Of a DNA stretch of 60,505 bases, positions 49,972 to 59,590 are shown one piece after another. The position numbers were made by a program, and so were the translations under genes. Source of the stretch: an uncultured Alphaproteobacteria bacterium (GTDB lineage Bacteria > Pseudomonadota > Alphaproteobacteria > CAAHEQ01 > UBA3637); the NCBI GenBank assembly GCA_937935995.1, contig CALGXF010000067.1, positions 1 through 60,505 on the forward strand, read 5' to 3'. A model generated the notes under the pieces. It had not been told where the DNA came from, ran no database searches, and worked only from the letters and a program-made list of their open reading frames with translations. Each line of letters begins with the position of its first letter. The stretch's first letter is position 1.

Positions 49972-50727
49972 TTATCTGTCGTTGACGGCCTGTTGCAGCT
50001 CTATTTGCCGCGCAAGCAATTTACGCTGATATTTACTGATATGAAGCGGAAAGACGGGTGTGTCCGATTCTCGTGATGCGGGGACGGGCGGGTGGAAGAT
50101 TTGGCATTTTTTGATTTCAAAATTTTCGTGCCGAACATACGCATCAACCAATTCTTTTTTCTGGTTGCGGTAGGCAAAAAATTGAATGCCGCCAATGGCG
50201 TTTTCTTCCTGTAATTCTTTTAAAATCAACAAGCGAATGTCTGCCGTTCGATGCAAAAAGTCAGTATTTGTTTCGGCATTTCTTTTAACGGGAAAAGAAA
50301 ATTGAACCAGACGCGGTTTATCGATAACGATTGTATCCAAAATTGTTTCAAACAAACGGGATTTAGGTTTGAAAAACGCGCCTTCATATACAAATTTTTG
50401 CGGCGAGCTGATTATTTTGCTTTGCGGAAAACGAATCAATCGTTCCGTGTCGGAAAGCGGGCGTTGCAAAAACAAGATGTTTTTGCGTCTGAGGATTTTA
50501 GCCTCTAAATCCGGATAGCTCACCAACAGCCGGCAAACATCTTCAATAACCGCATTTTCATGTTCGCTTTTGGTATCAAAGTAAAAAACAACCCGTCGAA
50601 TGTCCGGATTGTCCAATTGTTTTTCGATGTCTTTCAGAACCGGTTGCGGCAGAGAACCTTTAGGCGTTGTCATAAACAAAGCGTCTTCTTTTCTTTTAAT
50701 CAGAACAGACTTTTTAAAAGGGAACAT
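49972..50727 (-). CDS. Hypothetical protein
   Basis: 251-aa ORF with no overlapping better ORF and no recognisable motif. Confidence 0.45.
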   Translation of the reverse strand: MFPFKKSVLIKRKEDALFMTTPKGSLPQPVLKDIEKQLDNPDIRRVVFYFDTKSEHENAVIEDVCRLLVSYPDLEAKILRRKNILFLQRPLSDTERLIRFPQSKIISSPQKFVYEGAFFKPKSRLFETILDTIVIDKPRLVQFSFPVKRNAETNTDFLHRTADIRLLILKELQEENAIGGIQFFAYRNQKKELVDAYVRHENFEIKKCQIFHPPVPASRESDTPVFPLHISKYQRKLLARQIELQQAVNDR

Positions 50728-50875
50728 AGGACCTCTCTTGGCGTTCGGGTAAAGTATATGCTTTTGTTTTTATTTGTCAAGTAAAGATGAATTTGAAAAT
50801 GAAAAAGAAAGGCTTGTATTTTTCACAGGATAGTATATAACTATGTATGTAATACTTTTGATAAAGAGGGAAAAA

Positions 50876-51418
50876 ATGAAAACAGGTACAGCAGCTTTAT
50901 TTTTAGCATTATGTCTTTTATTCGGGACAGCGGCGCATGCGGAATTTTATGTTTCTGCCGGTGCCGGGAAAACATTTAATACGGGAACCGCTTGGCGAAA
51001 CGGCGAAAAATCGGATATTGATAATTCTAATATGTATTCGGTGGCTGTCGGGTATGATTTGCCGTTTATCGATATCATCCGCGTTGAAGGGGAATACTTG
51101 CATAACCGGGCGAAAATCGAACATGGCGGCAAAGCAACGTATGACGGTGTGATGGCAAACGGTTATGTTGATATCCCGTTTCCGATTCCGTTGTTGACGC
51201 CTTATGTCGGTATCGGATTGGGCCCGGGACGGTATGAAGGTGAATATGTCTTGGGATATCAAGGAATGGTCGGTATAGATGCCGAAGTCTTTGTTGTTCC
51301 GCTTGTGGCCAGTTTGGAATACCGGTACATGCGAACGAATCGGCACGGTGAACGGAACGATGAAACCTATAAATTTTACGCGCATACGGTGATGATGAAA
51401 CTGCGGTATGAATTTTAA
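50876..51418 (+). CDS. Small outer-membrane beta-barrel protein
   Basis: Trimmed to the ATG at 50876 (signal peptide 'MKTGTAALFLALCLLFGTAAHA'). It has alternating hydrophobic strands and the C-terminal 'LRYEF' typical of outer-membrane proteins. Confidence 0.75.
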   Translation: MKTGTAALFLALCLLFGTAAHAEFYVSAGAGKTFNTGTAWRNGEKSDIDNSNMYSVAVGYDLPFIDIIRVEGEYLHNRAKIEHGGKATYDGVMANGYVDIPFPIPLLTPYVGIGLGPGRYEGEYVLGYQGMVGIDAEVFVVPLVASLEYRYMRTNRHGERNDETYKFYAHTVMMKLRYEF

Positions 51419-51485
51419 AAGAAAAGGGAGTTCCTGAAAGCTCCCTTTTTTAAGAATTGAAGAGGGGCGATAAGCCTCTCTTTTT

Positions 51486-52112
51486 TTACTCAATAATATG
51501 ATTGTCTTCATCGGTGTAACGAATGAGATAGCCTGTTCCGGCACCGATAGCGATGATTTGGTAAATCACGCCGAAAATCATTTCAATGTTTGCAAAAAAA
51601 CGTCCGCCGGCCAAAGGAACAAAGTCTCCGTAGCCGACCGTTGTCATAGTCGTCAGGCTGAAATAAATATTGTTCAATAAGCCGTTGGCCGTTGTTATAT
51701 TCAAGGCGTCATAAACCAAAGCAAACCCCAAAACGACGGTTAAATATCCGAAAAGCAGAATATACAAAATGATTGATTTGGTTGCGATTAAAAAGGCTGT
51801 GTTCGGTTTAATCGGTAATTCTTCGTGCATGTGGACGACTTTCGGATAGCGTTGCCAATATTTTATTTTCCATTCTTTGATGGATTTTAAAACAATGTAC
51901 AAAATCCAAGAACACAAGCTGATAATTAAAACCAATGCAACAGCCATTTGACGCGAATGATCCATTCGGTACATCAAAAAAGTCAATAAAAATGCAAAAA
52001 CCGCCGGTACAAGCAGTGCCGTTAACAGTAACCGATACGGATGCGGCTTTTGAAGAGGCAATTTATCCATAAGCGTTCCTTTCTCGGTTATCAAATGGAT
52101 TGCCGCGTTCAT
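51486..52112 (-). CDS. Potassium channel family protein
   Basis: It has TM helices and the selectivity filter 'TTVGYGD'. Confidence 0.85.
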   Translation of the reverse strand: MNAAIHLITEKGTLMDKLPLQKPHPYRLLLTALLVPAVFAFLLTFLMYRMDHSRQMAVALVLIISLCSWILYIVLKSIKEWKIKYWQRYPKVVHMHEELPIKPNTAFLIATKSIILYILLFGYLTVVLGFALVYDALNITTANGLLNNIYFSLTTMTTVGYGDFVPLAGGRFFANIEMIFGVIYQIIAIGAGTGYLIRYTDEDNHIIE

Positions 52113-52154
52113 AAAATCAAGCCGGTTAATGAAAAAGGGCCCGCAGGCCCTTTG

Positions 52155-52943
52155 TTAAAAGACGGTTTTAAACCGAATGCCGATTTGATGTTCGTAAGCG
52201 CGTGAGTCCCATTTTCCGCTGTCATCAATGACATAGCTGCCATACACGCCGATTGTTGAATAAGGCGACAAGAAATAATCAGCCGCTAAATCCGTCCGCC
52301 ATTCTCTGGCTTCGTACATTTCATCGTAATTCAAGTTCAAGGCTGCATCCAGCGAAAGGAAGTTATAAAGATAGTGATGTAATCCGATGTATCCTTCATA
52401 TTTCATGTTGTTATCGGATTCTTTGCTTTGGGCGACCGGGAATTCGATTCCGATACCGGCATAGGGCATGACGATGCCTAAATCCTGACCGATTTTCGTG
52501 CCGAAATCCACATATTTATACGCTCCGTTCATGTGATGGGTTTCTTTTTGTCCGTATCCTAAACCTAATTGAGCAAAAGAAAAACCGGTATTGACAATGT
52601 TGTACTTTGTGCCGATGCGCCAATCGACATTTGTATCTTCATGGCCGTTTTCATAACCGATGTCGGTAATCGTGCCTTTGGTTCGATTCCATGCGTTTTG
52701 AATATGAGCTTCTACGGAAACTCTCGGTGCCACGCCGTATTCAATGGTTTGAGATAAAATGCGGTCTCTGGCATGATAATTTTGAGAATCGCTTTTAACT
52801 TGTTTATGATTGTATTCGGCAGCAGTCGTTGAAACAATTCGACCGGTTCTGGGCAGGTAAAACGGGCTGGTGATGTCGATGGCTTGAGCCGGAACGGCCG
52901 CCGATAACAAAAGCGCTGCCATGAAGTAAGTTGTTTTTTTCAT
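52155..52943 (-). CDS. Outer-membrane beta-barrel protein
   Basis: Trimmed to the ATG at 52943 (AAGGAG RBS, signal peptide ending 'AVPAQA'). It has a beta-strand pattern and the C-terminal 'RFKTVF'. Confidence 0.7.
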   Translation of the reverse strand: MKKTTYFMAALLLSAAVPAQAIDITSPFYLPRTGRIVSTTAAEYNHKQVKSDSQNYHARDRILSQTIEYGVAPRVSVEAHIQNAWNRTKGTITDIGYENGHEDTNVDWRIGTKYNIVNTGFSFAQLGLGYGQKETHHMNGAYKYVDFGTKIGQDLGIVMPYAGIGIEFPVAQSKESDNNMKYEGYIGLHHYLYNFLSLDAALNLNYDEMYEAREWRTDLAADYFLSPYSTIGVYGSYVIDDSGKWDSRAYEHQIGIRFKTVF

Positions 52944-53231
52944 CTTTTTCTCCTTAATTTTAACATACATATGAGTGTAAAGAGAAAATCTTTAATCTGC
53001 AAGCGTTTATTTCTGGACAAATAAATAAAATCTTTGTATACTTTAATTATATAAAAAACACGGTAGTGGAGGAAATATCGACAAAACAGGAAATTCCGAA
53101 CGGGATTGAAAAATGTCGGTTTTATGAATTTTTAGTAAGGTTTGAGAATAAGGTACTTGAAAAATGTGCAAAAAAGGCTCATTTTATATTGCTGCTCGGT
53201 TAAGGATAAAAAGATATCCACAGGAAATAAA

Positions 53232-54179
53232 ATGCGAAATGTAAAAGAAATAACACAATCGGCACGAAAATGGATTTGCGCTTTGCCGCTTAAACGGAAA
53301 AAGGAACTGATTGTGCTGAAAGAAATGAAACGTCGAAATAAAGTGGGTTTACTGCCTAACTTTTTAGACGAGATTTTGCACGGAACGGCGTTTGTCTATG
53401 ATTTGAAAAAGGACGGAACGTTGGAAGCTTTTTCGGTGAGTTTAACGGAATTCGCCGCTGTTTTGCAAGGGATGAAAAAAACGGAAAAAGCTGCCGCCTT
53501 TTTACGGGAAAATAAATTGTTGGAAAAGGCTGTTCGTATCAGATCTTTTCCGGTTTTCAAAGAGGCGTTAGACGTGGCGGCGCAATTGACGGAAACCAAG
53601 TCTTCTTTTTTAAATGATTTAATCATTCAGGATGAGGCGTTGTTGTTGCGGCTGTTGGTTGAAAAACAAGCTTCGCCCACATGCCTGCATTTAAATGAAA
53701 ACAAAAAACATCTTGTCCGCCGTAATAAAATTGTGCCGATTTTTCCGCAGATTTTGGAAGGTATTCAACGGCAACAGGAAGAAAAAGATTTTTCTCAAAA
53801 GGCCTTTAAGCGTTTGATGACCAAAATGAACCAATCTTCTTTTTATAAACAAACGTTTCATCAACCGGGCGTCTATGATGCGCTGGTTCAAGTGGCCGGC
53901 GAATTAAAGTGTTACCGTAATTTTGATAAATTAAAACAATTAAATGCCTTTGTGTGCAAAGCCGGCGGTACTGAACTGTTGCAGGATTTTATGGCAAAAA
54001 CAGAGGTTTTGTTTAACCACTTGCGGCAAAAAGGGGAAGATTGTTTGGCGCCTTGTCCTATTCCGTCCGTGATTGAACAGAAAACGAATAAAATTTGCTT
54101 TTTGGGACCGTTCGAAGAATTACCGCCTTGCCCGCGGGCATTGGCTTTGTTGGAAAAAATGAAGTCTCATACGCGTTAG
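53232..54179 (+). CDS. Hypothetical protein
   Basis: The ORF is open from 53142. The first ATG is at 53232. No recognisable motif. Confidence 0.45.
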   Translation: MRNVKEITQSARKWICALPLKRKKELIVLKEMKRRNKVGLLPNFLDEILHGTAFVYDLKKDGTLEAFSVSLTEFAAVLQGMKKTEKAAAFLRENKLLEKAVRIRSFPVFKEALDVAAQLTETKSSFLNDLIIQDEALLLRLLVEKQASPTCLHLNENKKHLVRRNKIVPIFPQILEGIQRQQEEKDFSQKAFKRLMTKMNQSSFYKQTFHQPGVYDALVQVAGELKCYRNFDKLKQLNAFVCKAGGTELLQDFMAKTEVLFNHLRQKGEDCLAPCPIPSVIEQKTNKICFLGPFEELPPCPRALALLEKMKSHTR

Positions 54180-54257
54180 ACCAAAGCATACTTGTCAATG
54201 ATGTGAAATGTTTTTATCTCTTTAAAGGGGAAAGGCCCGGAAAGGAGGGGAAACAAA

Positions 54258-54410
54258 ATGGAAAAGAAAGCTTGCGGCGGATGCGGATGTTCTAAATCTG
54301 CCAATGAGAAATCTTCCCAAAAAGACAGCAGCAAAGATTCCGGAAAAATGTCTATGGGACATCAAAAAGAATCAATGAATGCTCAAAAATCAGATTCTCA
54401 TCACAAATAA
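54258..54410 (+). CDS. Small (50 aa) Cys/Lys/Ser-rich protein, absent from the supplied ORF track
   Basis: An AAGGAGG RBS lies 9 nt upstream of the ATG. The product is 'MEKKACGGCGCSKSANEKSSQKDSSKDSGKMSMGHQKESMNAQKSDSHHK'. A strong terminator hairpin follows directly. Confidence 0.6.
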   Translation: MEKKACGGCGCSKSANEKSSQKDSSKDSGKMSMGHQKESMNAQKSDSHHK

Positions 54411-54414
54411 AGGG

Positions 54415-54447
54415 AAAGGAGCGGGAAACCGCTCCTTTTTCATTTTT
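54415..54447. terminator. Terminator hairpin between convergent genes
   Basis: AAAGGAGCGG-GAAA-CCGCTCCTTT followed by T-rich sequence. Confidence 0.8.
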
Positions 54448-55081
54448 TGAAAGATCGTTTCGGGCGCCGTCGCATAAGGGGTTGTTCCAATCGGGGCAGA
54501 TGGGCTTTGGGTTGCTTTTTGGGTTTCTTTTCAACGGAAAAACCGAATTTGCCTAACAATCGTCCCATCGTGAAATAAGAGCCATGCGCATAGGCCACCA
54601 ATCCCATTTTTTCCATCCACAATTTTCCGGCTTCGTCGATATACCGATCGTCTACTTGAACGGCAACGATTTTGGCCAAAAACATGTCGTGTGTTTCAAA
54701 AGAGTGTATCGCCGTGACCTGACATTCCAATGACACAGGGCTTTGCGCGATTTGTGGCGCTTTGATAACGGAGGAAGAGGCTGCGGTTAAATTCATTTCT
54801 TTGAACTTATCAATCGTTCGGCCGGATTTAACACCGCAATAATCGGCTGCCTTTACCAAATCCAACGTTGTCATGTTAATGACAAATTCTTTCGTCTTTG
54901 AAATAATTTCGTGTGAATACCGAGACGGTCGAATGGACACATATGTCATCGGCGGTTCGGAATTGATGATGCCGGTCCAAGCCGCCGTCATCACGTTTGG
55001 TTTTTCCAGTGTGCCGCAAGAAATCATCGCAGGCGGTACGGGCGCTAACAGCGTCCCCGGTTTCCATGTTATTTTGGTCAT
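54440..55081 (-). CDS. Flavin reductase-like (FMN-binding split-barrel) protein with a basic C-terminal tail
   Basis: 213 aa. 'LLAPVPPAMISCG...NVMTAAWTGIINSEPPMTYVSIRPSRYSHEII' is typical of the flavin reductase domain. Confidence 0.8.
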   Translation of the reverse strand: MTKITWKPGTLLAPVPPAMISCGTLEKPNVMTAAWTGIINSEPPMTYVSIRPSRYSHEIISKTKEFVINMTTLDLVKAADYCGVKSGRTIDKFKEMNLTAASSSVIKAPQIAQSPVSLECQVTAIHSFETHDMFLAKIVAVQVDDRYIDEAGKLWMEKMGLVAYAHGSYFTMGRLLGKFGFSVEKKPKKQPKAHLPRLEQPLMRRRPKRSFKK

Positions 55082-55158
55082 GTTGTTTCCTTTCTGGCAA
55101 AATCATAAGCCTTTTTGAAAAGAAGCGCAAGATTTTCTCTCTTTTGTTTATAAACGAA

Positions 55159-55207
55159 TTGTCATCTCGACAGAAGTACGCTAAAATGATAAGAACAAAA
55201 CAAGAAC
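55159..55207 (+). promoter_or_regulatory. Promoter plus alphaproteobacterial-type LexA (SOS) box upstream of the umuC-like gene
   Basis: TTGTCA (55159-55164), an 18-nt spacer, then TAAAAT (55183-55188). GAAC-AAAACAA-GAAC (55193-55207) matches GAAC-N7-GAAC. Confidence 0.6.
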
Positions 55208-55222
55208 AAAAGAGAGCTGAAA

Positions 55223-56425
55223 ATGATTGGACTTGTGGATTGTGATAATTTTTTCGTTTCTTGCGAACGGGCACTGAAGCCCGGTTTGAACGGTAAGCCT
55301 GTTTTGGTTTTAAGTGCAAATGACGGGTGTGTGGTGTCGCGTTCCAATGAAGCTAAAGCGTTGGGGATTCCGATGGGCATTCCGGCGTTTAAAATCAAAG
55401 AGCTGATTGTCAAAGAGGGCATTTTTGTTTTTTCGTCTCATTTTGATTTATACGAAGAGACGTCTGCCCGCGTGATGAACATTTTGAAAAACAATGCGCC
55501 GCGAATAGAAGTGTATTCCATTGACGAGGCTTTTTTGGACTTATCGGGCATGTCGTATTTAAAAGAATACGGCGCGCATTTGGTTCAGACAGTTATGTAT
55601 GATGCCAAAGTCCCGGTTTCTTTGGGGATAGCTCCGACAAAGACGTTGGCTAAAATCGCCAGCCATTTTGCCAAGAAATATAAGCGGTATCAACATGTTT
55701 GTGTTATTGACACAGCCGAAAAGCGTCTTAAAGCGCTTCAATTGACGCCGATTGAAGATGTGTGGGGTATCGGCCGGCGGTTGAGTGTTCGATTGAAGGC
55801 AAAAGGCATTCAAACGGCCTATGATTTCACGCATTTATCGCGTCGATGGGTGCGTCAAACCATGACGGTTGTGGGCGAACGGATTTGGCGGGAGTTAAAC
55901 GGGGAACCTTGTTATGAATTTGAAGCGCAAGCACCGGATAAACAGCAAATCAGTTCATCGCGCAGTTTTGAACATATGGTAACGGACTTGGAAACATTGT
56001 GTCAGGCGGTTGCAAAGCATGCCAGCACATGTGCGCGTAAGCTGCGCGCCCAACATTCCTGTGTTGCTTCTATGGTTGTGTATGTGCGAACCAATCGGTT
56101 TCGAGACGATTTGCCGCAGTGTTGGAAGCAAGGAACGGTCACTTTTCCGGTTGCGACATCGGATACGTTGGATATTGTGGACGGAGCGGTCGAGGCTTTG
56201 AAAAAAATTTACGAAGAAGGGTATCATTATAAAAAAGCCGGCGTCATGATGACTCAGATAGTGCCGGAAACCAGTGTTCAAACGGATTTATTTGATCAAA
56301 AAGACTGGGCAAAGTCTAAAAAATTGATGCAAGCCGTTGATGCGATTAACGAAAAATATGCCCGTAAAACAGTTTTAACGGCTGCGGAATGTTCGGTTCA
56401 AGATGAAAAAAGCGCTTCTCATTAA
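55223..56425 (+). CDS. umuC: Y-family DNA polymerase, UmuC-like
   Basis: 400 aa. 'MIGLVDCDNFFVSCERALKPGLNGKPVLVLSANDGCVVSRSNEAKALGIPMG' closely parallels the UmuC N-terminus, and 'SIDEAFLD' is the catalytic motif. Confidence 0.85.
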   Translation: MIGLVDCDNFFVSCERALKPGLNGKPVLVLSANDGCVVSRSNEAKALGIPMGIPAFKIKELIVKEGIFVFSSHFDLYEETSARVMNILKNNAPRIEVYSIDEAFLDLSGMSYLKEYGAHLVQTVMYDAKVPVSLGIAPTKTLAKIASHFAKKYKRYQHVCVIDTAEKRLKALQLTPIEDVWGIGRRLSVRLKAKGIQTAYDFTHLSRRWVRQTMTVVGERIWRELNGEPCYEFEAQAPDKQQISSSRSFEHMVTDLETLCQAVAKHASTCARKLRAQHSCVASMVVYVRTNRFRDDLPQCWKQGTVTFPVATSDTLDIVDGAVEALKKIYEEGYHYKKAGVMMTQIVPETSVQTDLFDQKDWAKSKKLMQAVDAINEKYARKTVLTAAECSVQDEKSASH

Positions 56426-56859
56426 TTAAGTTCTTTTTTCATCTCAATTGTTTCTAAACCGTTTTGTTGTTTCATCCATGGACCGGTTGCTTCATACCCT
56501 AATTTTACATAAAAAGGATAAACATCCTTATGGGCATATAGGTAAAGTTTCTTTTGATTATGCCGTTGTGCTTCTTGTTCAATCACTTGTACAAGCTGTT
56601 TGCCGATGCCTTGTTTTTGATATTCGGGAGAAACAACAACTTGGCGGATGTACGGTAAGCCATTCCTTTGTGCATAAATGGCGCAACCGATTAAACGAGC
56701 GTTAAGCAAGGCAATCCAAAAAATGTGATCTGCTTCTTTTTGACGTATTTCTTCAAAATTACTCGAAAAACCTAAAGGATCTAATAAAACGTGCTTTCGA
56801 AGAAGAAGCATTTCGGTATAAAGTGGATTTTGATTCGTAATTTTTTGAAACGTTATCAT
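56422..56859 (-). CDS. GNAT-family N-acetyltransferase
   Basis: 145 aa with the acetyl-CoA motif 'VVVSPEYQKQGIGKQLV'. Confidence 0.85.
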   Translation of the reverse strand: MITFQKITNQNPLYTEMLLLRKHVLLDPLGFSSNFEEIRQKEADHIFWIALLNARLIGCAIYAQRNGLPYIRQVVVSPEYQKQGIGKQLVQVIEQEAQRHNQKKLYLYAHKDVYPFYVKLGYEATGPWMKQQNGLETIEMKKELN

Positions 56860-56916
56860 TTTTCCTCCTTTGTTTTTTAAGGATACGATTGATTGAATAA
56901 AAAATCAATGCCGCCT

Positions 56917-56945
56917 CTTGAAAAAACGTTCATATCGACTTATGT
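56917..56945 (+). promoter_or_regulatory. Putative RpoH (sigma32)-type heat-shock promoter of clpB
   Basis: CTTGAAA (56917-56923) and CTTATGT (56939-56945), with 18 nt between CTTG and CTTATGT. The alphaproteobacterial consensus is CTTG-N17-CYTATNT. Confidence 0.5.
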
Positions 56946-56968
56946 ATTTAAAAAAAGAGGTAAAAATC

Positions 56969-59479
56969 ATGAACATTGAAAAATTAACGGACAGATCTAA
57001 AGGGTTTATTCAATCGGCTCAAAATTTAGCGGTACGGCTTTCCAATCCCTACATCACAACGGCGCATTTACTGCGCGTCATGCTGGATGATAAACAAGGG
57101 ATGGCTGCTTCTTTGCTGACACAGGCTGGGGCTGATTTAAATGAAGTCAATCGCGGCATTGATGAAGAATTGGAAAAGTTGCCTAAAGTATCCGGCAACT
57201 CGGTGCAGGTGTCTGCTTCCCAAGACTTTTTGAAGGCTGTTGATCAGGCAGAGCAAATCGCCGAAAAGGCAAAGGATGCTTATGTCTCGGTTGAACGGCT
57301 TTTGCAAGCGGCGCTGGCACAGAAAAATTATGGCGTTGATTTAAAGAAGCTTAACCAAGTCATCAATGATATGCGGCAGGGAAGAACAGCCGATTCTCCG
57401 TCAGCCGAAGACACATTTGATGCGTTGAAACGATATGCGATTGACTATACCGAACGCGCCAAGCAAGGCAAGCTGGATCCGGTCATCGGCCGGGATGAGG
57501 AAATCCGTCACACGATTCAGGTTTTGTCTCGCCGGACGAAAAACAACCCGATTTTAATCGGAGAACCCGGTGTCGGTAAAACAGCTATTGTCGAAGGGTT
57601 GGCTTTACGAATTGTGAACGGCGATGTACCGGACAGTTTGTCTCATAAACGGTTAATGGCGCTGGACATGGGTGCTTTGATTGCGGGCGCGAAATACCGC
57701 GGTGAATTTGAAGAACGGTTAAAGGCGGTTTTAAATGAAGTTTCCGCTTCTAACGGTCAAGTCATTTTGTTTATTGACGAAATGCACACGGTTGTCGGCG
57801 CCGGTGCCAGTGAAGGATCTATGGATGCGTCGAACTTGTTAAAACCGGCTTTGGCACGGGGAGAATTGCATTGCATCGGGGCAACAACGTTAAAAGAATA
57901 TCAAAAGTATATTGAAAAAGACGCCGCTTTTGCGCGCCGGTTCCAACCTGTTTATGTCAATGAGCCGACGGTTGAAGATACAATTTCTATTTTGCGCGGG
58001 ATTAAAGAAAAGTACGAAATTCATCACGGAGTCCGGATTTCGGATGCTGCGTTGGTATCGGCGGCAGTGATGTCTCATCGATACATTGCGGATCGTTTTT
58101 TGCCGGATAAAGCAATTGATTTGGTGGATGAAGCGGCCAGTAAGTTAAAAATGGCGCTTGATTCCAAGCCGGAAGATTTGGACGAATTAGACCGTAAACT
58201 GTTGCAATTGAAAATCGAACGAGAAGCGTTGCGCAAAGAAAAAGATAAAGCGTCTCAAGAACGGCTGGCCGTCATTGAAAAGAATATTGCTCAAATGGAA
58301 AAAGAGTCGGCTGATAAAACGGCTAAATGGCAGACCAGCAAAAACAGCATTCAAGAAGCCAATGCTTTGCGCGAAAAGATTGATAAGGCAAAAATTGAAA
58401 TCGATCGGGCTTTCCGGGAGGGGCAATATGAATTAGCCGGGCGTTTGCAATACAAAGATATTCCGGAAATGCAGGCTCAATTGGAAGAGTTGAATAAACT
58501 CAATCAAGAACAAAATGCGCCGGAAACCGTAACGCCTGATTTAATCGCGGGAGTCGTATCAAAATGGACGGGTATTCCTGTGGATAAATTGATGAGCTCG
58601 GAACGGGAAAAGCTGTTGACTATTGAAAAAGAAATTGCGCGCCGCGTTGTGGGGCAAGATGATGCCATTACGGCGGTCGCAAATGCTGTTCGTCGATCTC
58701 GTGCTGGGTTGAAAGATCCGAACCGACCGATTGGGTCTTTCTTGTTTTTAGGGCCGACAGGAGTTGGGAAAACGGAATTGGCGAAAGCGTTGGCGGCTTT
58801 TTTGTTTGACGAAGATTCCGCTTATATTCGGATTGATATGTCCGAGTACATGGAAAAGCACGCGGTGGCTCGGTTGATTGGGGCGCCTCCGGGATACGTC
58901 GGTTATGACGAAGGCGGCATTTTAACTGAAGCTGTGCGGCGGCGGCCGTATCAAGTCATTTTATTTGATGAAGTCGAAAAAGCGCATCCGGATGTGTTTA
59001 ATTTGTTATTGCAAATTTTGGATGACGGTCGTTTGACGGACAGCAAAGGACGCGTGGTTGATTTTAAAAATACGTTCATTATTTTGACGTCTAACTTGAT
59101 TGTCGATGCAAATGACAAGGATATTATGGGAAAATTAAAGGCTTTCTTTAAGCCGGAATTTTTAAATCGATTGGACGAAATCATTACGTTCCATGCTTTA
59201 AAGAAAGAGCATATTCGGCAAATTGTGGATATCCAAATCAATCGGTTGCAGCATCGATTGGAAGAGCGGCATATTACGCTTCAATTAAATGATAAAGCAA
59301 AAGATTGGCTGGCCGAAAATGGATATGATGTTGAATTTGGGGCGCGTCCGTTAAAGCGGTTGATTCAACAAGAATTGGAAAATCCGTTGGCAATGCATTT
59401 GTTGTCCGGAGATATTCGAGATAACAGCACGGTACAAATCGGCGTGAAAAATAACCGATTGGATATCCAAACAACGTAA
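56969..59479 (+). CDS. clpB: Chaperone ClpB
   Basis: Trimmed to the ATG at 56969 (AAGAGG RBS). It has two AAA+ modules ('GEPGVGKTA' and 'GPTGVGKTE') and a long middle coiled coil. Confidence 0.95.
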   Translation: MNIEKLTDRSKGFIQSAQNLAVRLSNPYITTAHLLRVMLDDKQGMAASLLTQAGADLNEVNRGIDEELEKLPKVSGNSVQVSASQDFLKAVDQAEQIAEKAKDAYVSVERLLQAALAQKNYGVDLKKLNQVINDMRQGRTADSPSAEDTFDALKRYAIDYTERAKQGKLDPVIGRDEEIRHTIQVLSRRTKNNPILIGEPGVGKTAIVEGLALRIVNGDVPDSLSHKRLMALDMGALIAGAKYRGEFEERLKAVLNEVSASNGQVILFIDEMHTVVGAGASEGSMDASNLLKPALARGELHCIGATTLKEYQKYIEKDAAFARRFQPVYVNEPTVEDTISILRGIKEKYEIHHGVRISDAALVSAAVMSHRYIADRFLPDKAIDLVDEAASKLKMALDSKPEDLDELDRKLLQLKIEREALRKEKDKASQERLAVIEKNIAQMEKESADKTAKWQTSKNSIQEANALREKIDKAKIEIDRAFREGQYELAGRLQYKDIPEMQAQLEELNKLNQEQNAPETVTPDLIAGVVSKWTGIPVDKLMSSEREKLLTIEKEIARRVVGQDDAITAVANAVRRSRAGLKDPNRPIGSFLFLGPTGVGKTELAKALAAFLFDEDSAYIRIDMSEYMEKHAVARLIGAPPGYVGYDEGGILTEAVRRRPYQVILFDEVEKAHPDVFNLLLQILDDGRLTDSKGRVVDFKNTFIILTSNLIVDANDKDIMGKLKAFFKPEFLNRLDEIITFHALKKEHIRQIVDIQINRLQHRLEERHITLQLNDKAKDWLAENGYDVEFGARPLKRLIQQELENPLAMHLLSGDIRDNSTVQIGVKNNRLDIQTT

Positions 59480-59590
59480 GGGAAAAGGCCGCTTTTGTAA
59501 GTGATTTCTTTTAATTGTAAAAAAAGTTGACAAACTTTAAAAGTTTTGATATTGTCAAGAACAATATAAATTGATAAATCGGAGGATAAA

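Noticed and set aside
50918-51544. 208-aa minus-strand ORF
   Set aside because: It is antisense to the outer-membrane barrel gene, which has a signal peptide, an RBS and a C-terminal Phe signature. The antisense product has no features.
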